The translations under genes and the position numbers were made by a program. A stretch of DNA of 64,000 nucleotides, taken from NCBI GenBank assembly GCA_027053075.1, contig JALUEE010000047.1, positions 64,001 to 128,000 of the forward strand, written 5' to 3'. The notes under the pieces are model-generated. The model worked only from the letters and a program-made list of their open reading frames with translations, had not been told where the DNA came from and ran no database searches. Positions within the stretch are counted from its first letter, which is position 1. The number at the start of each line of letters is the position of its first letter. Origin of the DNA: a candidate division WOR-3 bacterium. Lineage in GTDB: Bacteria; Hydrothermota; Hydrothermia; B15-G9; WFZT01. Shown here one piece after another: positions 1 through 10,250 of the stretch.

Positions 1-2
1 AC

Positions 3-851
3 TGGCTTTACAGAATGTCAGGCATCGGAGCTTATCGGGACTTCCTCTTAAGAGAGCACCCTTTTTCCTATTTTGCATGGATAACAAACGGTAATAAAGT
101 ACTTGCACCTGTTGATTCTGTGGTGGGCAGGTTACTCCAGAATAATGGAAATTTCTTTCTAAAAAGTCCAAAGTTCTGGAATCGCTTCCACACCTTTGCT
201 TTCCTTGGGCTGAATAATTATGCACTTCGGGAGCTAAGAAAATGTTCGGCAAATCTTCGGGAGTGTGTGGAATTTTCATATCTTACAGGGGAAGACAACC
301 TAACTGTGGAGATTTTCAGAAGATTCATAGGGCTTGAACGCAAAAAGAAGGGTCTGGTTTTTGGATACCCACTTGCGTACTGGTATTATATTCAGGGGGA
401 GGCTTCGGAGCCTTTCTTGTTTGTTTCACTCCTCCGTGAAGAAAGTCATTTCAACCATATGGCGGTATCGCCGGCCGGAGCCATAGGTATTGCTCAGCTT
501 ATGCCATTCACAGCTGCAAAACTTTTAGGTAGACGAGTGAAAAGGGATGAGTTACTCGATCCTTATTTCAATATAAGACTTGGGGCAAGATATCTAAACT
601 CTTTAATTGAAAAATACAACGGCCGTCTGATTTTTGCCCTTGCCGCCTACAATGCCGGTCCAAAAAGGGTGGATGCCTGGATAAAAAAGTATTCCCAATC
701 CGGCATCGCGGAGGACCCTTACCTCTTTGTGGAATTTATCCCATTTCGGGAAACAAGAAATTACGTTCGAAGAATAATGAAGGACTACAGGCTTTATAAG
801 CGACTTTATAACTCATACCAAAAAGAATTGCTTGACCGTCAGGCTTCGTAG
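3..851 (+). CDS. Soluble lytic transglycosylase (Slt domain), 5' end outside window
   Basis: SLT motifs REESHFN, AIGIAQLMPFTA, AAYNAGP and IPFRETRNYV; frame is open from the window edge. Confidence 0.9.
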   Translation, partial: WLYRMSGIGAYRDFLLREHPFSYFAWITNGNKVLAPVDSVVGRLLQNNGNFFLKSPKFWNRFHTFAFLGLNNYALRELRKCSANLRECVEFSYLTGEDNLTVEIFRRFIGLERKKKGLVFGYPLAYWYYIQGEASEPFLFVSLLREESHFNHMAVSPAGAIGIAQLMPFTAAKLLGRRVKRDELLDPYFNIRLGARYLNSLIEKYNGRLIFALAAYNAGPKRVDAWIKKYSQSGIAEDPYLFVEFIPFRETRNYVRRIMKDYRLYKRLYNSYQKELLDRQAS

Positions 852-867
852 TTATACCCTTAAAAAT

Positions 868-1218
868 ATGCAGGTGGAAAAACTCTACTGGAAAATATCA
901 GAGGTAGCGGAGATTGTGGGGGTTCGTCCTGAGCAGCTTCGGTACTGGGAAAAAGAGCATGGACTCTTGCATCCTTTGAGGAAGGGGGGCAAGAGAAGGT
1001 ATACGCGGAAAGATATTCAGATCGCCCTGATGATAAAGGCTCTTCAGGACAATGGGGAAGACCTGAGAAGGATCAGTTATCAGCTCAGACACCATAATAA
1101 TTCGGAATTTTTTAACAAGGCTTTAAAAACCTTTTTAAAGTCAATCCAGCAGGATGTCAGGAAACTTCTTGAGGAAGTGAGAAAAATCAAGCGGGAATTG
1201 GAAGAGGGGTATAATTGA
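868..1218 (+). CDS. MerR-family transcriptional regulator
   Basis: KLYWKISEVAEIVGV..QLRYWEKE..RRYTRKDI MerR HTH; ATG at 868 preferred over the ORF-track start at 832. Confidence 0.85.
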   Translation: MQVEKLYWKISEVAEIVGVRPEQLRYWEKEHGLLHPLRKGGKRRYTRKDIQIALMIKALQDNGEDLRRISYQLRHHNNSEFFNKALKTFLKSIQQDVRKLLEEVRKIKRELEEGYN

Positions 1219-1958
1219 AATACATTATTCTGGGCGCAATACAGGGATTAACTGAATTTCTCCCCATATCGTCATCCGGGCATCTCGTGGTATTTGAGCA
1301 TTTTCTCAACGTTCATTTTCCGGGCATTACCTTTGAGGTATTCTTGCACCTTGCCACCCTCACTGCTGTGGTTATATATCTGTGGAAGGACGTTATAGAT
1401 ATTTTTCATTTCAGAAAATACTCCTTCTGGGAACAGCCAATAGTTTTAATCATAATTGGAACCATTCCAGCAGGCATAGTGGGACTTTTGTTTAATGACA
1501 GGATAGAAACATTTTTCGTGACCATAAAATGGGTGAGATATTTCTTCATCTTGAATAGTTTCATCTTGCTCACATCCATGTGGTCAAAGGGGGGACGCGA
1601 GAAAATAACCCCCTGGGATGCTCTTCTAATTGGAATCGGTCAATCTCTTGCGATTTTACCGGGTATCTCGCGCTCTGGCACTACTATAACAGTTGCGTTG
1701 CTTCTTGGCATAGCACCGAGGAAGGCCTTTTCATTTTCCTTCCTTCTATCTCTTGCTGCCATATCCGGTGCCGCAGTGCTAAAGCTTAAGGGGATTGAAC
1801 ACTTTGCTCTAACGACAGGCTATCTTACAGGATTTATCTCAGCCTTAATTTTTGGTCTAATTGCTATAATCGTGCTGAAAAGAGTCGTGCTTGTCAGGAA
1901 ACTCCATTACTTCGGATATTACACCCTTGCACTGGGAATAATTCTTTTATTCTTTTAG
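1215..1958 (+). CDS. uppP: Undecaprenyl-diphosphate phosphatase
   Basis: GLTEFLPISSSGHL and PGISRSGTT BacA motifs; multiple TM segments. Confidence 0.95.
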   Translation: MKYIILGAIQGLTEFLPISSSGHLVVFEHFLNVHFPGITFEVFLHLATLTAVVIYLWKDVIDIFHFRKYSFWEQPIVLIIIGTIPAGIVGLLFNDRIETFFVTIKWVRYFFILNSFILLTSMWSKGGREKITPWDALLIGIGQSLAILPGISRSGTTITVALLLGIAPRKAFSFSFLLSLAAISGAAVLKLKGIEHFALTTGYLTGFISALIFGLIAIIVLKRVVLVRKLHYFGYYTLALGIILLFF

Positions 1959-2281
1959 GAGTGATCACTGGGGGCCTATCTCCATATCTATTCCTGCGTA
2001 AATTGTGGTAAGTCCATGTTTCCACGCTAACCTCGATGTTCATCTGGATGTGTAAAAATTTTTAAAGAAGCCCGGGTATATTTCTAAAAGTGGAAATCAC
2101 AACAATCGTGATTCAAATTAATTGAAGGCCAGTTGGGTTTTCATCGAACTTTGTCTGATTTAACATTAAGACTAAAACTGGAAAATGGCGGAATAAAAGA
2201 GATAAATTGGCCTTTTCACTTGATATTACTTTTGAAAGATTTTATACTTCTCATACTAAAACTCAAGAAGGAGGATAGAAA

Positions 2282-2494
2282 ATGGGACTCAAAGTAACAA
2301 TTGATCCAGATCTTTGTGTGGGAGATTCCATCTGTGTGGACCTCGTACCTGACGTATTTGAAATGGGCGATGATGGTATCGCTTATGTGAAGCAGGGCAT
2401 GGAGTGCACAGGCGACAGAGAGGATGTGCAGGACGCAGCAGATCAGTGCCCCAGCGGAGCAATCATAATCGAAGAGTCAGAAGATTGTAAGTAA
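2282..2494 (+). CDS. Single-cluster ferredoxin
   Basis: CVGDSIC...CPSGAI; strong SD GGAGG; promoter TTGATA-17-TATACT at 2220-2248. Confidence 0.9.
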   Translation: MGLKVTIDPDLCVGDSICVDLVPDVFEMGDDGIAYVKQGMECTGDREDVQDAADQCPSGAIIIEESEDCK

Positions 2495-2519
2495 GAATAA
2501 ATGTGGTTAATTTGATTAT

Positions 2520-2556
2520 GGGGGCGATGGCGAAGCCATCGCCCCCCATTTTTTTC
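2520..2556 (+). terminator. Rho-independent terminator
   Basis: 12-bp stem GGGGGCGATGGC-GAA-GCCATCGCCCCC followed by a T-tract. Confidence 0.9.
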
Positions 2557-2561
2557 TTCTA

Positions 2562-2798
2562 AAAAATGGCCGCAGGAGACCTGTACAGTGGATCAGAAGA
2601 GTCAAGACCCTGCCACATGTATGGCATACTCTTACCGTCGTGATAAAAGGCCAAAGGATTCAGGGATTCCTGGATGGAAAGAAATATATAGACTTTAGAG
2701 CTCGTTCTCCCATTTCAGGCAAAATTGGACTGTGGTCAAAGGCAGATTCTTATGTGTATTTCGACGATTTCACCGTGGAGACTGAAGAAGGTAAATAG
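2562..2798 (+). pseudogene. 5'-truncated remnant of a ConA/DUF1080-like beta-sandwich protein
   Basis: Frame reads KNGRRRPVQW..WHTLTVVIKGQRIQGFLDGKKYIDF..GKIGLWSKADSYVYFDDFTVE*; no start between the in-frame stop at 2508 and the fragment. Confidence 0.65.
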
Positions 2799-2803
2799 AA
2801 ACT

Positions 2804-4504
2804 CTACTCAAAGTATCGTTCGATAATCTTCTTCGCAATGGGAGCAACGTGGCTGCCGTGCTCACCGTGCTCCACTACAACGGTGACGACTATCTGTGGA
2901 TCGTCATATGGGGCAAAGGCTGTAAATAATGCGTGATCCTTTCCGTGCGGATTCTGGGATGTTCCTGTTTTACCGGCAAAAATCACCTTATCTGAGCGTG
3001 AGGCATAGGCAGTCCCACCCGGTTTATTGACCACCATCCACATGCCCTTTTTGATAACGTGAAAAACCGATGAATCCACTTTCCATCGCAAAGTATCCCC
3101 AGGAATATAGTCTGCATCCTCAACGCTCTTTAAAACATGTGGGCGTGGCAAAACTCCATTACTGGCAATGAGGGCTGTCAGTGTGGCAATTTTTAGTGGA
3201 GTTAAAAGAATCTCTCCCTGTCCAATGGCGAGATTCAGGACATTTCCCGGTCCGAAACCGTTGGCACCGTACCTTTCTTTGTACCAGCTACTGTCAGGCA
3301 CAAAGCTGGGAATCTCTCCCGGTAGGTCTATACCGACCTTCCCTCCTATCCCGTACTTTTTTAGCATTTTCAGGAATCTTCCAAATCCTATTCTCAAGCC
3401 CAGCTGGTAGAAATACACATCACATGAGTGCTGAATCGCCTGGGGAAGATTGAGAGAGCCGTGACCGGGTTTAAACCAGCATGACCAGACCCTCCTTCCG
3501 AATCTGTAGTACCCCGGGCAGCTGAAGACCGTGTTTTCACTAACAGCACCAGCTTCGAGGGCGAACATGGCGGATACAGGCTTAAATGTCGAGCCCGGCG
3601 GATACAGACCTGATATTGCTCTATCAAGCAATGGTTTTGTCTTATCAGACACAAGCTTCTGCCAGAGTTTGTAGGAAATCCCGGCCGAAAGCTGGTTGGC
3701 ATCAAAGGATGGTTTTGAATAGAGGGCAAGAATACCACCTGTTTTAATGTTTAAAACAACAACCGCCCCGGCACCGTAATCTTTCATCAGGGAATCTATG
3801 TACAGTTCAAGCGGGGCATCAATGGTGAGTGTAATGTCTTTACCATCAACTGGCTTGATGGGTGGTATTGGGTCCTCTTTGATTAGCTGACCTGTAACGT
3901 CCACCATAAAATACCGGGTACCAAATTTGCCCCTCAAAAATCGGTTGTAGAATTTTTCCACACCGCGCTTTCCGATTGTCTCTCCAACCTTCAGCGTACT
4001 ATCCCTCTCGATCTCCGTCTGTGTAACCTCTCCAGTGTATCCCGTAACATGGGCCAGCACCCTGGGATAGTGATAATACCTCACCGGAATAGTCCCCACC
4101 ACGAAGTAGGGGAACCTGTCTCTTTCCTCTTCGAGCCTGGTGATTTCTTTAAAATCAAGGTCTTTTATAACAGGATATTGCAGTAACTTCCGGTAGAGAC
4201 TGTCTACATTGGTTTTTAGTCCGATTATTTCGAGGAGGTTCTTTAGCTCCGATTTTTTAAGACCATTTTTGAGAATATAAACTGCGAACCCTGGCCGCCA
4301 ATCTGCGAGAACCACTCCATTTCTGTCGAGAATTCGACCTCTTTTGTAAGGAATTCTGATGGACTTGAGGAAATTCTTTTGAGCCCAGCTTGTAAATTCC
4401 TCATGTCTTACAATCTGGATATCGTACAATCGGCCGAGGAGAACAAAAAACACAAAGATCACAAGCGAGAAAACGATGAGCCTTCTTATCTTTTCTGTAC
4501 CCAT
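2804..4504 (-). CDS. mrdA: Penicillin-binding protein 2
   Basis: N-terminal TM; YPPGSTFK (SxxK), SCD and GKTGT motifs; downstream of mreBCD. Confidence 0.95.
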   Translation of the reverse strand: MGTEKIRRLIVFSLVIFVFFVLLGRLYDIQIVRHEEFTSWAQKNFLKSIRIPYKRGRILDRNGVVLADWRPGFAVYILKNGLKKSELKNLLEIIGLKTNVDSLYRKLLQYPVIKDLDFKEITRLEEERDRFPYFVVGTIPVRYYHYPRVLAHVTGYTGEVTQTEIERDSTLKVGETIGKRGVEKFYNRFLRGKFGTRYFMVDVTGQLIKEDPIPPIKPVDGKDITLTIDAPLELYIDSLMKDYGAGAVVVLNIKTGGILALYSKPSFDANQLSAGISYKLWQKLVSDKTKPLLDRAISGLYPPGSTFKPVSAMFALEAGAVSENTVFSCPGYYRFGRRVWSCWFKPGHGSLNLPQAIQHSCDVYFYQLGLRIGFGRFLKMLKKYGIGGKVGIDLPGEIPSFVPDSSWYKERYGANGFGPGNVLNLAIGQGEILLTPLKIATLTALIASNGVLPRPHVLKSVEDADYIPGDTLRWKVDSSVFHVIKKGMWMVVNKPGGTAYASRSDKVIFAGKTGTSQNPHGKDHALFTAFAPYDDPQIVVTVVVEHGEHGSHVAPIAKKIIERYFE

Positions 4505-4917
4505 AATTCGACCAGAACCGAAAAGATAACCGTCAATAGGATCGCCCTGAAGTACAAGAGCGAGAGAGCAAGACCATTGACATAAAGGTAAACAGCGTAA
4601 TAAACAACGATGCTCACAGTGAATAGAATAATCTTGGGCAGGACCAGGGCAATATTTACAAAGTTACGATAAATGATGAAAATGAGTCCAAAAAGTGTGA
4701 AAGTGAATGGAGATACCCAGGGAATATCCAGATACAATCCATCTCTTAAAATACCAGCTGTAAGGGCGAGCGGACCAACATAATCATCAGCAATGTGCAA
4801 AATCAGGGGTAGTAGAAAAATTAAAACCGGGTCTGGCAGCCAGATATACGTTACTTTGGCCCTTATGGCCGATGAGACCAGCAAAAGTATAAGCAGTGTC
4901 CATTTTTTCGCGTTCAT
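4486..4917 (-). CDS. mreD: Rod shape-determining protein MreD (divergent)
   Basis: Hydrophobic 143 aa between mreC and mrdA; call rests mainly on synteny. Confidence 0.7.
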   Translation of the reverse strand: MNAKKWTLLILLLVSSAIRAKVTYIWLPDPVLIFLLPLILHIADDYVGPLALTAGILRDGLYLDIPWVSPFTFTLFGLIFIIYRNFVNIALVLPKIILFTVSIVVYYAVYLYVNGLALSLLYFRAILLTVIFSVLVELWVQKR

Positions 4918-5627
4918 TTCACAATCCCGAATATGCCTGTTGATGAAAAATCCCAGAAGGGTCTGACTTTAATCCTGAAGAAAAACTGGTCCTCGGAGGA
5001 ATTTTTTACCTCATCAACAACTCCTGCAGGAATTCCACCTTTTATTATGCCAATGCCTGATGTAATGAGAGTATCACCTTCTCTTACATCTGCCCATTTG
5101 GGGACATACAAAAGATGGGGAGTGCTACCACCTGCAAGCACTCCGAGCACACCGCTCCTCTTGTCCGCAACTCCCACCCTGAAATTCTCGTTATAGAGGC
5201 TCATCACAAAAGAGAGCCTGTCAGTTGTATAGTAAACCTTTCCAACCAGATTTCCTCTGTAAACAACGGGTAAGCCATATCTGACACCTGAATTTTTCCC
5301 CTTATCGAGCGTAATTTTTTGCACCTTTCCAAAGGGGTCAAAATAAAGCGCCTTGGCGAGGATATAGGTGGTATCAAGTCCGTTTTTCCAGATTCCATAA
5401 AGCCTTTTTCTCTTCTCTTCACTCAGCTCTCCCATGGAAAGGAGCAAGAGCTCATTAAGCTTCTCATACTGTGAGCGCATGAATGTCAATTCTTCCACAA
5501 ACTTCTCGGCCTTCAAAACCGGGATATAGACCGAGTCCGCAAGGATTGTGTGGAAAATAGTTTTAATAGGTTTGATGAAGAACAAAAGGGAAACGAGCAG
5601 GTAAATCAGGTAACTTTTTTTCATCAA
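4914..5627 (-). CDS. mreC: Rod shape-determining protein MreC
   Basis: ITLDKGKNSGV..GNLVGKV..VREGDTLITSG; follows mreB. Confidence 0.9.
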   Translation of the reverse strand: MMKKSYLIYLLVSLLFFIKPIKTIFHTILADSVYIPVLKAEKFVEELTFMRSQYEKLNELLLLSMGELSEEKRKRLYGIWKNGLDTTYILAKALYFDPFGKVQKITLDKGKNSGVRYGLPVVYRGNLVGKVYYTTDRLSFVMSLYNENFRVGVADKRSGVLGVLAGGSTPHLLYVPKWADVREGDTLITSGIGIIKGGIPAGVVDEVKNSSEDQFFFRIKVRPFWDFSSTGIFGIVK

Positions 5628-6676
5628 ATAGAAATGAGTTTATGTGGTTTCAATAGGACCTTCTCATATTTCTCCAGGTTTTCAAGGATTTTACCTGCAC
5701 CCAGTGCAACGCAATCCAGTGGATTGTCCACTGTTTTAACGTAGAGGTTGGTCTCCTCCCTGATCAGCTCATCAAGCCCCTTGATAAGTGAGCCACCACC
5801 TGTCAGGTAGATTCCGCGATCAATAATATCCGAAACCAATTCTGGTGGCGTTTTCTCAAGTGCATTTTTAACCGCATCTACAATCTGGTTCACCGGGCTC
5901 TTTAAGGCCTCTCTAATCTCGGCTGATGAAATTTCGATAGTTTTCGGATTTCCTGAAACAAGATCGCGTCCCTTGACCTCCATTTTGGTCTCCTCGATCA
6001 GTGGGAAAACGTTTCCTATCTCTTTTTTCACATTTTCTGCCGTTTGTTCACCAATGATGACACGGTACTTTTCACGGACATAGTTGATAATCGCCTCATC
6101 CATCTCATCACCAGCGATACGGATGGATGTGTTTGTAACTATTCCAGAAAGGGCGATCACAGCGATTTCCGTGGTCCCCCCGCCAATGTCCACAATCATA
6201 TTACCTGTGGGCTCATCAATGGGTAGCCCGATTCCCACGGCCGCTGCAACAGGCTCGGACACGAGAAGCACCTCTCTTGCCCCCGCATTTTCAGCAGAAT
6301 CTTTAACTGCGCGACGCTCCACCTCTGTAATTCCAGATGGGACAGCAATCAAAACCTTGGGCCTGATAATAAGGTTTTTCTTAAGCACCCTTGTTAGCAT
6401 GCTATAGAGCATTTCCTGAACAAGTTCGAAGTCCGCAATTACCCCGTCCTTCATGGGTCTTTTGGCAAGGATGTTGCCAGGGGTCTTTCCAAGCATCCTT
6501 TTTGCCTCTTCTCCAATAGCAAGCGCCTTTCCTGTAGTCTTATCCACAGCAACGACTGAAGGCTCCCTTAAAACTATTCCTCTGCCTTTAACGTAAATCA
6601 GGGTGTGCGCGGTCCCGAGGTCAACGGCCACCTCACTCCCCCAGCCTTTGAAAATCTTTGAAAACAGTCCGCTCAT
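5624..6676 (-). CDS. mreB: Rod shape-determining protein MreB
   Basis: DLGTA, EPSVVA, DIGGGTTE and LTGGG actin-like motifs. Confidence 0.97.
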   Translation of the reverse strand: MSGLFSKIFKGWGSEVAVDLGTAHTLIYVKGRGIVLREPSVVAVDKTTGKALAIGEEAKRMLGKTPGNILAKRPMKDGVIADFELVQEMLYSMLTRVLKKNLIIRPKVLIAVPSGITEVERRAVKDSAENAGAREVLLVSEPVAAAVGIGLPIDEPTGNMIVDIGGGTTEIAVIALSGIVTNTSIRIAGDEMDEAIINYVREKYRVIIGEQTAENVKKEIGNVFPLIEETKMEVKGRDLVSGNPKTIEISSAEIREALKSPVNQIVDAVKNALEKTPPELVSDIIDRGIYLTGGGSLIKGLDELIREETNLYVKTVDNPLDCVALGAGKILENLEKYEKVLLKPHKLISI

Positions 6677-9210
6677 TTCTTTAGCTCCTCTTTGAGTTTG
6701 TAAATTAATTCTAAAGCTTCACGGGGTGAAAGCGTATCCGGGTCCACCCCTTTCAATATCTCCACTATTCTTGATTCCTTCTCACTCTCCTCACGCTTGA
6801 AGATATCAAGCTGAAGGGTCTCTTCGCGTGCCTTTACTTTAAGGGATTTTCTTCCCTTTTCAAGGTCTTTTAGAATCTCCTTTGCACGCCTGATCACAGG
6901 CCCCGGAATCCCAGCCAGCTTCGCCACATGAATTCCATAACTTCTATCGGATTCACCAGGAATAAGCTTCCTCAAGAAGATTATCTCGTCGCCCCATTCT
7001 TTTACAGCAATGGTAAAGTTTCTCACACCTTTGAGTTTTCTCCCCAGAATGGAAAGTTCGTGATAATGTGTGGCAAAAAGTGTTTTCGCACCCACAAAAT
7101 CTGCGATGTATTCAACAACTGCCCACGCTATTGCGAGTCCATCGAATGTGGATGTGCCGCGGCCCACCTCGTCAAGAATAATGAGACTCCTGTTTGTGGC
7201 ATTATGGAGTATCTGGGCTGTTTCTATCATCTCGGCCATGAATGTGGAAATTCCGCGCGCAAGGTCGTCAGAGGCCCCAATTCGGGAGAAAACCCTGTCC
7301 ACAAGCCCAATCTTTGCACTCGCAGCCGGGACAAATGACCCGATGTGTGCCATTATCGTGATAATCGCCACCTGCCTCAGGTAGGTTGATTTTCCGGACA
7401 TATTGGGTCCAGTGATGATAAAAACCCGGTTTTCGGAGAGGTCCATAAATGTGTCATTCGGGACAAATGTCTCGCCCTTAAGCCCCACTTCCACTATGGG
7501 ATGCCTTCCATCCTTAATCTCAATTCTGCCATCTTCTTTTATTTCTGGCATAACATAACGTCTCTTAATGGCCACGTCTGCAAGCGATGTTATGAGGTCA
7601 ATTTCCGCAATTTTTTCTGCAATTCTCTTTATCTCAAAGGATTTCTCAAGCACTCGCTGGCGAAGCTGTTTCACGATCTCATTTTCCAGTCTGATCGACC
7701 GCTCCTCTGCTCCGAGAATCTTATCCTCTAATTCCTTCAACTCCTCGGTTATAAACCTCTCTGCATTGGTGAGTGTCTGCTTTCTGATGTAATCCTGCGG
7801 TACAAGATGGAGATTGGATTTAGTGACCTCGATGTAGTAACCAAAAACTGAATTATAGCCAATCCTCAGGTTCTGAATACCGGTTCGCGCCCTCTCGCGT
7901 CGTTCGAGCTCAAGGAGTTTATCCTTACCGTGCCTGCTTATGTCTCTTAATTCATCGAGTTCGGGATTCACCCCATCCCTCACAACCCCGCCGAGATTGA
8001 AATTCACCGGTGGATCGTCAACAATGGTCCTGAGTATTTCCCTGTCGATTCCCTCAATATCCGGAAATGTGACAAGTTCTTTCCATTCTTCATATTCACC
8101 AAGAAGGGCCTCAAGCTGTGGCACAAAGGATAAAGATTTTGCAAAGCGAACGAGCTCGCGTGGATTTGTCTTGTTGGCCGAAATCCGCCCAAGTTGCCTT
8201 TCAATATCAGAAATGTCTGATAAAACCTCCTGGATTTTCTTAAGGAGCGACTGATTTTGAACAAGATGATTAACGCGAGTGAGTCTTACTAAAATATCTC
8301 CTTTGGAGAGGAATGGAGATAGAAGAGACTCTTTTAATCTCCTTGAGCCCATGGGGGTTTTGCAGTGGTCAAGAACCTCAAACAGGGTCAATCCTTCAGT
8401 ATCCGGCCTGATCTTTTCAACAATCTCGAGGTTTTTAATGGTCTGGGGGTCGATGTACATGAAGTTTGAAAGCCTGAGTTTTTTAATTCCCCTGATGTGC
8501 TCAAGCATCCCGGGTTTCTTCTCGCGCAGGTATGAAACAAGAGCCCCGGCAGCCCTCACTGCAAACTCTGAATCCTCAAGCTCAAATGCATCCAGCCTCG
8601 AGGTATTGAAAAAGGACTTAATTTCATCACGTGCTTTGAAAAGGTCAAACTCATATGGGTCTCGCGATGTCAGATTCTCAAGTGGCAGTTCCATTTCTTC
8701 CTCTACCAGTACCTCAGTTGCACCAATTCTTTCAAGCTCTGTAAGCGCACGCTCAAGGTTATCTTCAAAAACGAAAAAATCGCCTGTCGTGATGTCACAG
8801 TAAGCGACTCCAGCCCTCTCTTTATCCGTGTAAAGTGCAGCAATGTAGTTGTGTGATTTATCCTCAAGAAGTGTAGGTGAGAATACGGTGCCCGGAGTTA
8901 TTATCTCGACCACTTTACGTTCCATTAATCCAGAGTTGTTCTCTCCAACCTGCTCGCATATAGCTACTTTATAGCCTTTTTGAAGGAGTTTAGAAATATA
9001 TCCATCGGCTGCTTTTGCCGGGATACCTGCAAGGGGAACCCTTATACCCTTTCCCATGGGCTTGGAGGTGAGAGCAATACCAAGAATCTTTGAGGCTATC
9101 TTTGCATCTTCGTAGAAAAATTCGTAGAAATCGCCCATTCTAAAGAGCAAAAGCTCGTCCTTATGCTCTGCCTTTATCTTCTTGTACTGATTTAAAATGG
9201 GTGTTGACAT
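6673..9210 (-). CDS. mutS: DNA mismatch repair protein MutS
   Basis: GDFYEFF, TGPNMSGKST, STFMAEM, DEVGRGT, ATHYHEL; start placed at MSTPILNQY. Confidence 0.97.
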   Translation of the reverse strand: MSTPILNQYKKIKAEHKDELLLFRMGDFYEFFYEDAKIASKILGIALTSKPMGKGIRVPLAGIPAKAADGYISKLLQKGYKVAICEQVGENNSGLMERKVVEIITPGTVFSPTLLEDKSHNYIAALYTDKERAGVAYCDITTGDFFVFEDNLERALTELERIGATEVLVEEEMELPLENLTSRDPYEFDLFKARDEIKSFFNTSRLDAFELEDSEFAVRAAGALVSYLREKKPGMLEHIRGIKKLRLSNFMYIDPQTIKNLEIVEKIRPDTEGLTLFEVLDHCKTPMGSRRLKESLLSPFLSKGDILVRLTRVNHLVQNQSLLKKIQEVLSDISDIERQLGRISANKTNPRELVRFAKSLSFVPQLEALLGEYEEWKELVTFPDIEGIDREILRTIVDDPPVNFNLGGVVRDGVNPELDELRDISRHGKDKLLELERRERARTGIQNLRIGYNSVFGYYIEVTKSNLHLVPQDYIRKQTLTNAERFITEELKELEDKILGAEERSIRLENEIVKQLRQRVLEKSFEIKRIAEKIAEIDLITSLADVAIKRRYVMPEIKEDGRIEIKDGRHPIVEVGLKGETFVPNDTFMDLSENRVFIITGPNMSGKSTYLRQVAIITIMAHIGSFVPAASAKIGLVDRVFSRIGASDDLARGISTFMAEMIETAQILHNATNRSLIILDEVGRGTSTFDGLAIAWAVVEYIADFVGAKTLFATHYHELSILGRKLKGVRNFTIAVKEWGDEIIFLRKLIPGESDRSYGIHVAKLAGIPGPVIRRAKEILKDLEKGRKSLKVKAREETLQLDIFKREESEKESRIVEILKGVDPDTLSPREALELIYKLKEELKK

Positions 9211-9215
9211 GCGGG

Positions 9216-9731
9216 CTATATTCTCACAACCCTTCGAATTAAGTGTCGGTAGATTAAGTATATACCCAAAATTATCCAAATGTAACCCAAAATCCTGACA
9301 CCGAGAAGGACTTTAGGATTTAAATTATCTGTCAGGACAAGAACAAATGTATTTGGTGAGACCTTAAAACGCTCAACCACTTTTTTGTATCGGGGAATTC
9401 TTTTAAGGTAGGTATAATACCCCTCGTAATCATCGGCCCACCCAAGATTTCCGGACGGTATACTGTTATTAATGTCTGCTATTAAAAGGTTGTCGAATTC
9501 ATCCGTTCTATAAAATGTAAGTTTAAAAACAAACAGTATCCTGTAGGAAATCGAGTCCCTGTCACCGGGGGTGAGATTTGCAGAAACCAGCTTCCCGACA
9601 TACTGTTCATTCGGGAAGAACATTCGAACCTCACTATCACCGTGACGAAAAACCCTGATTGCTCTGAGTGTGTAAATGCCTATGTAAATGAAAACGATAC
9701 CGAGGAGGATGTAAAGGATTCTTTTAAACAA
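9216..9731 (-). CDS. Hypothetical membrane protein (N- and C-terminal TM)
   Basis: 171-aa ORF packed into the operon, with two hydrophobic segments. Confidence 0.7.
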   Translation of the reverse strand: MFKRILYILLGIVFIYIGIYTLRAIRVFRHGDSEVRMFFPNEQYVGKLVSANLTPGDRDSISYRILFVFKLTFYRTDEFDNLLIADINNSIPSGNLGWADDYEGYYTYLKRIPRYKKVVERFKVSPNTFVLVLTDNLNPKVLLGVRILGYIWIILGIYLIYRHLIRRVVRI

Positions 9732-9734
9732 TCT

Positions 9735-10250
9735 CTATTTCTCCCTGGAGAGTGCTTCTACAACCACAAGAGGCACGTCAGCGTCAATTTGCTCACCTGG
9801 TGAGGCATTGACCTCTTTCACTACTCCGTCAAAATCTGCAGTAAACTCATTCTCCATCTTCATGGATTCCACAATAATCAATCCCTGACCCTCTTTTACC
9901 TTATCATCGGGCTTCACAAGTACCTTCACCACCTTTCCGGGCATGGGAGATGTAACAAACTGGACTCCTTCCTCTTTTTTAACAGCTCCACTGGCACTAT
10001 ATTCTTCAGTCTTTTCGCTTAGAATGTAGGCCTGGCCGTCCATCCAGACGTAAAATTTCTCCCTGTCTTTTGCAATATAAACAGTCATTTTACGGCCATC
10101 TTCGAAGAATAAAACATAAACGTGCGGCTGAACCCGCCTGTAGGTGAATTTAAGCTCTGTGCCATTCACCGAAATTTTACGAAGTTCTCCCTCTGTATCA
10201 AAAGTTACGTTAAACTCCTCCTTACCCAAAACGTAAGTGGTCTCTTTCAT
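9735..10250 (-). CDS. Biotin carboxyl carrier subunit of an acyl-CoA carboxylase
   Basis: SPMPGKVVKV..ESMKME biotinylation motif. Confidence 0.92.
   Translation of the reverse strand: MKETTYVLGKEEFNVTFDTEGELRKISVNGTELKFTYRRVQPHVYVLFFEDGRKMTVYIAKDREKFYVWMDGQAYILSEKTEEYSASGAVKKEEGVQFVTSPMPGKVVKVLVKPDDKVKEGQGLIIVESMKMENEFTADFDGVVKEVNASPGEQIDADVPLVVVEALSREK

Noticed and set aside
1959..2215. Possible ncRNA or gene fragment between uppP and ferredoxin
   Set aside because: No recognisable structure, riboswitch motif or convincing reading frame.
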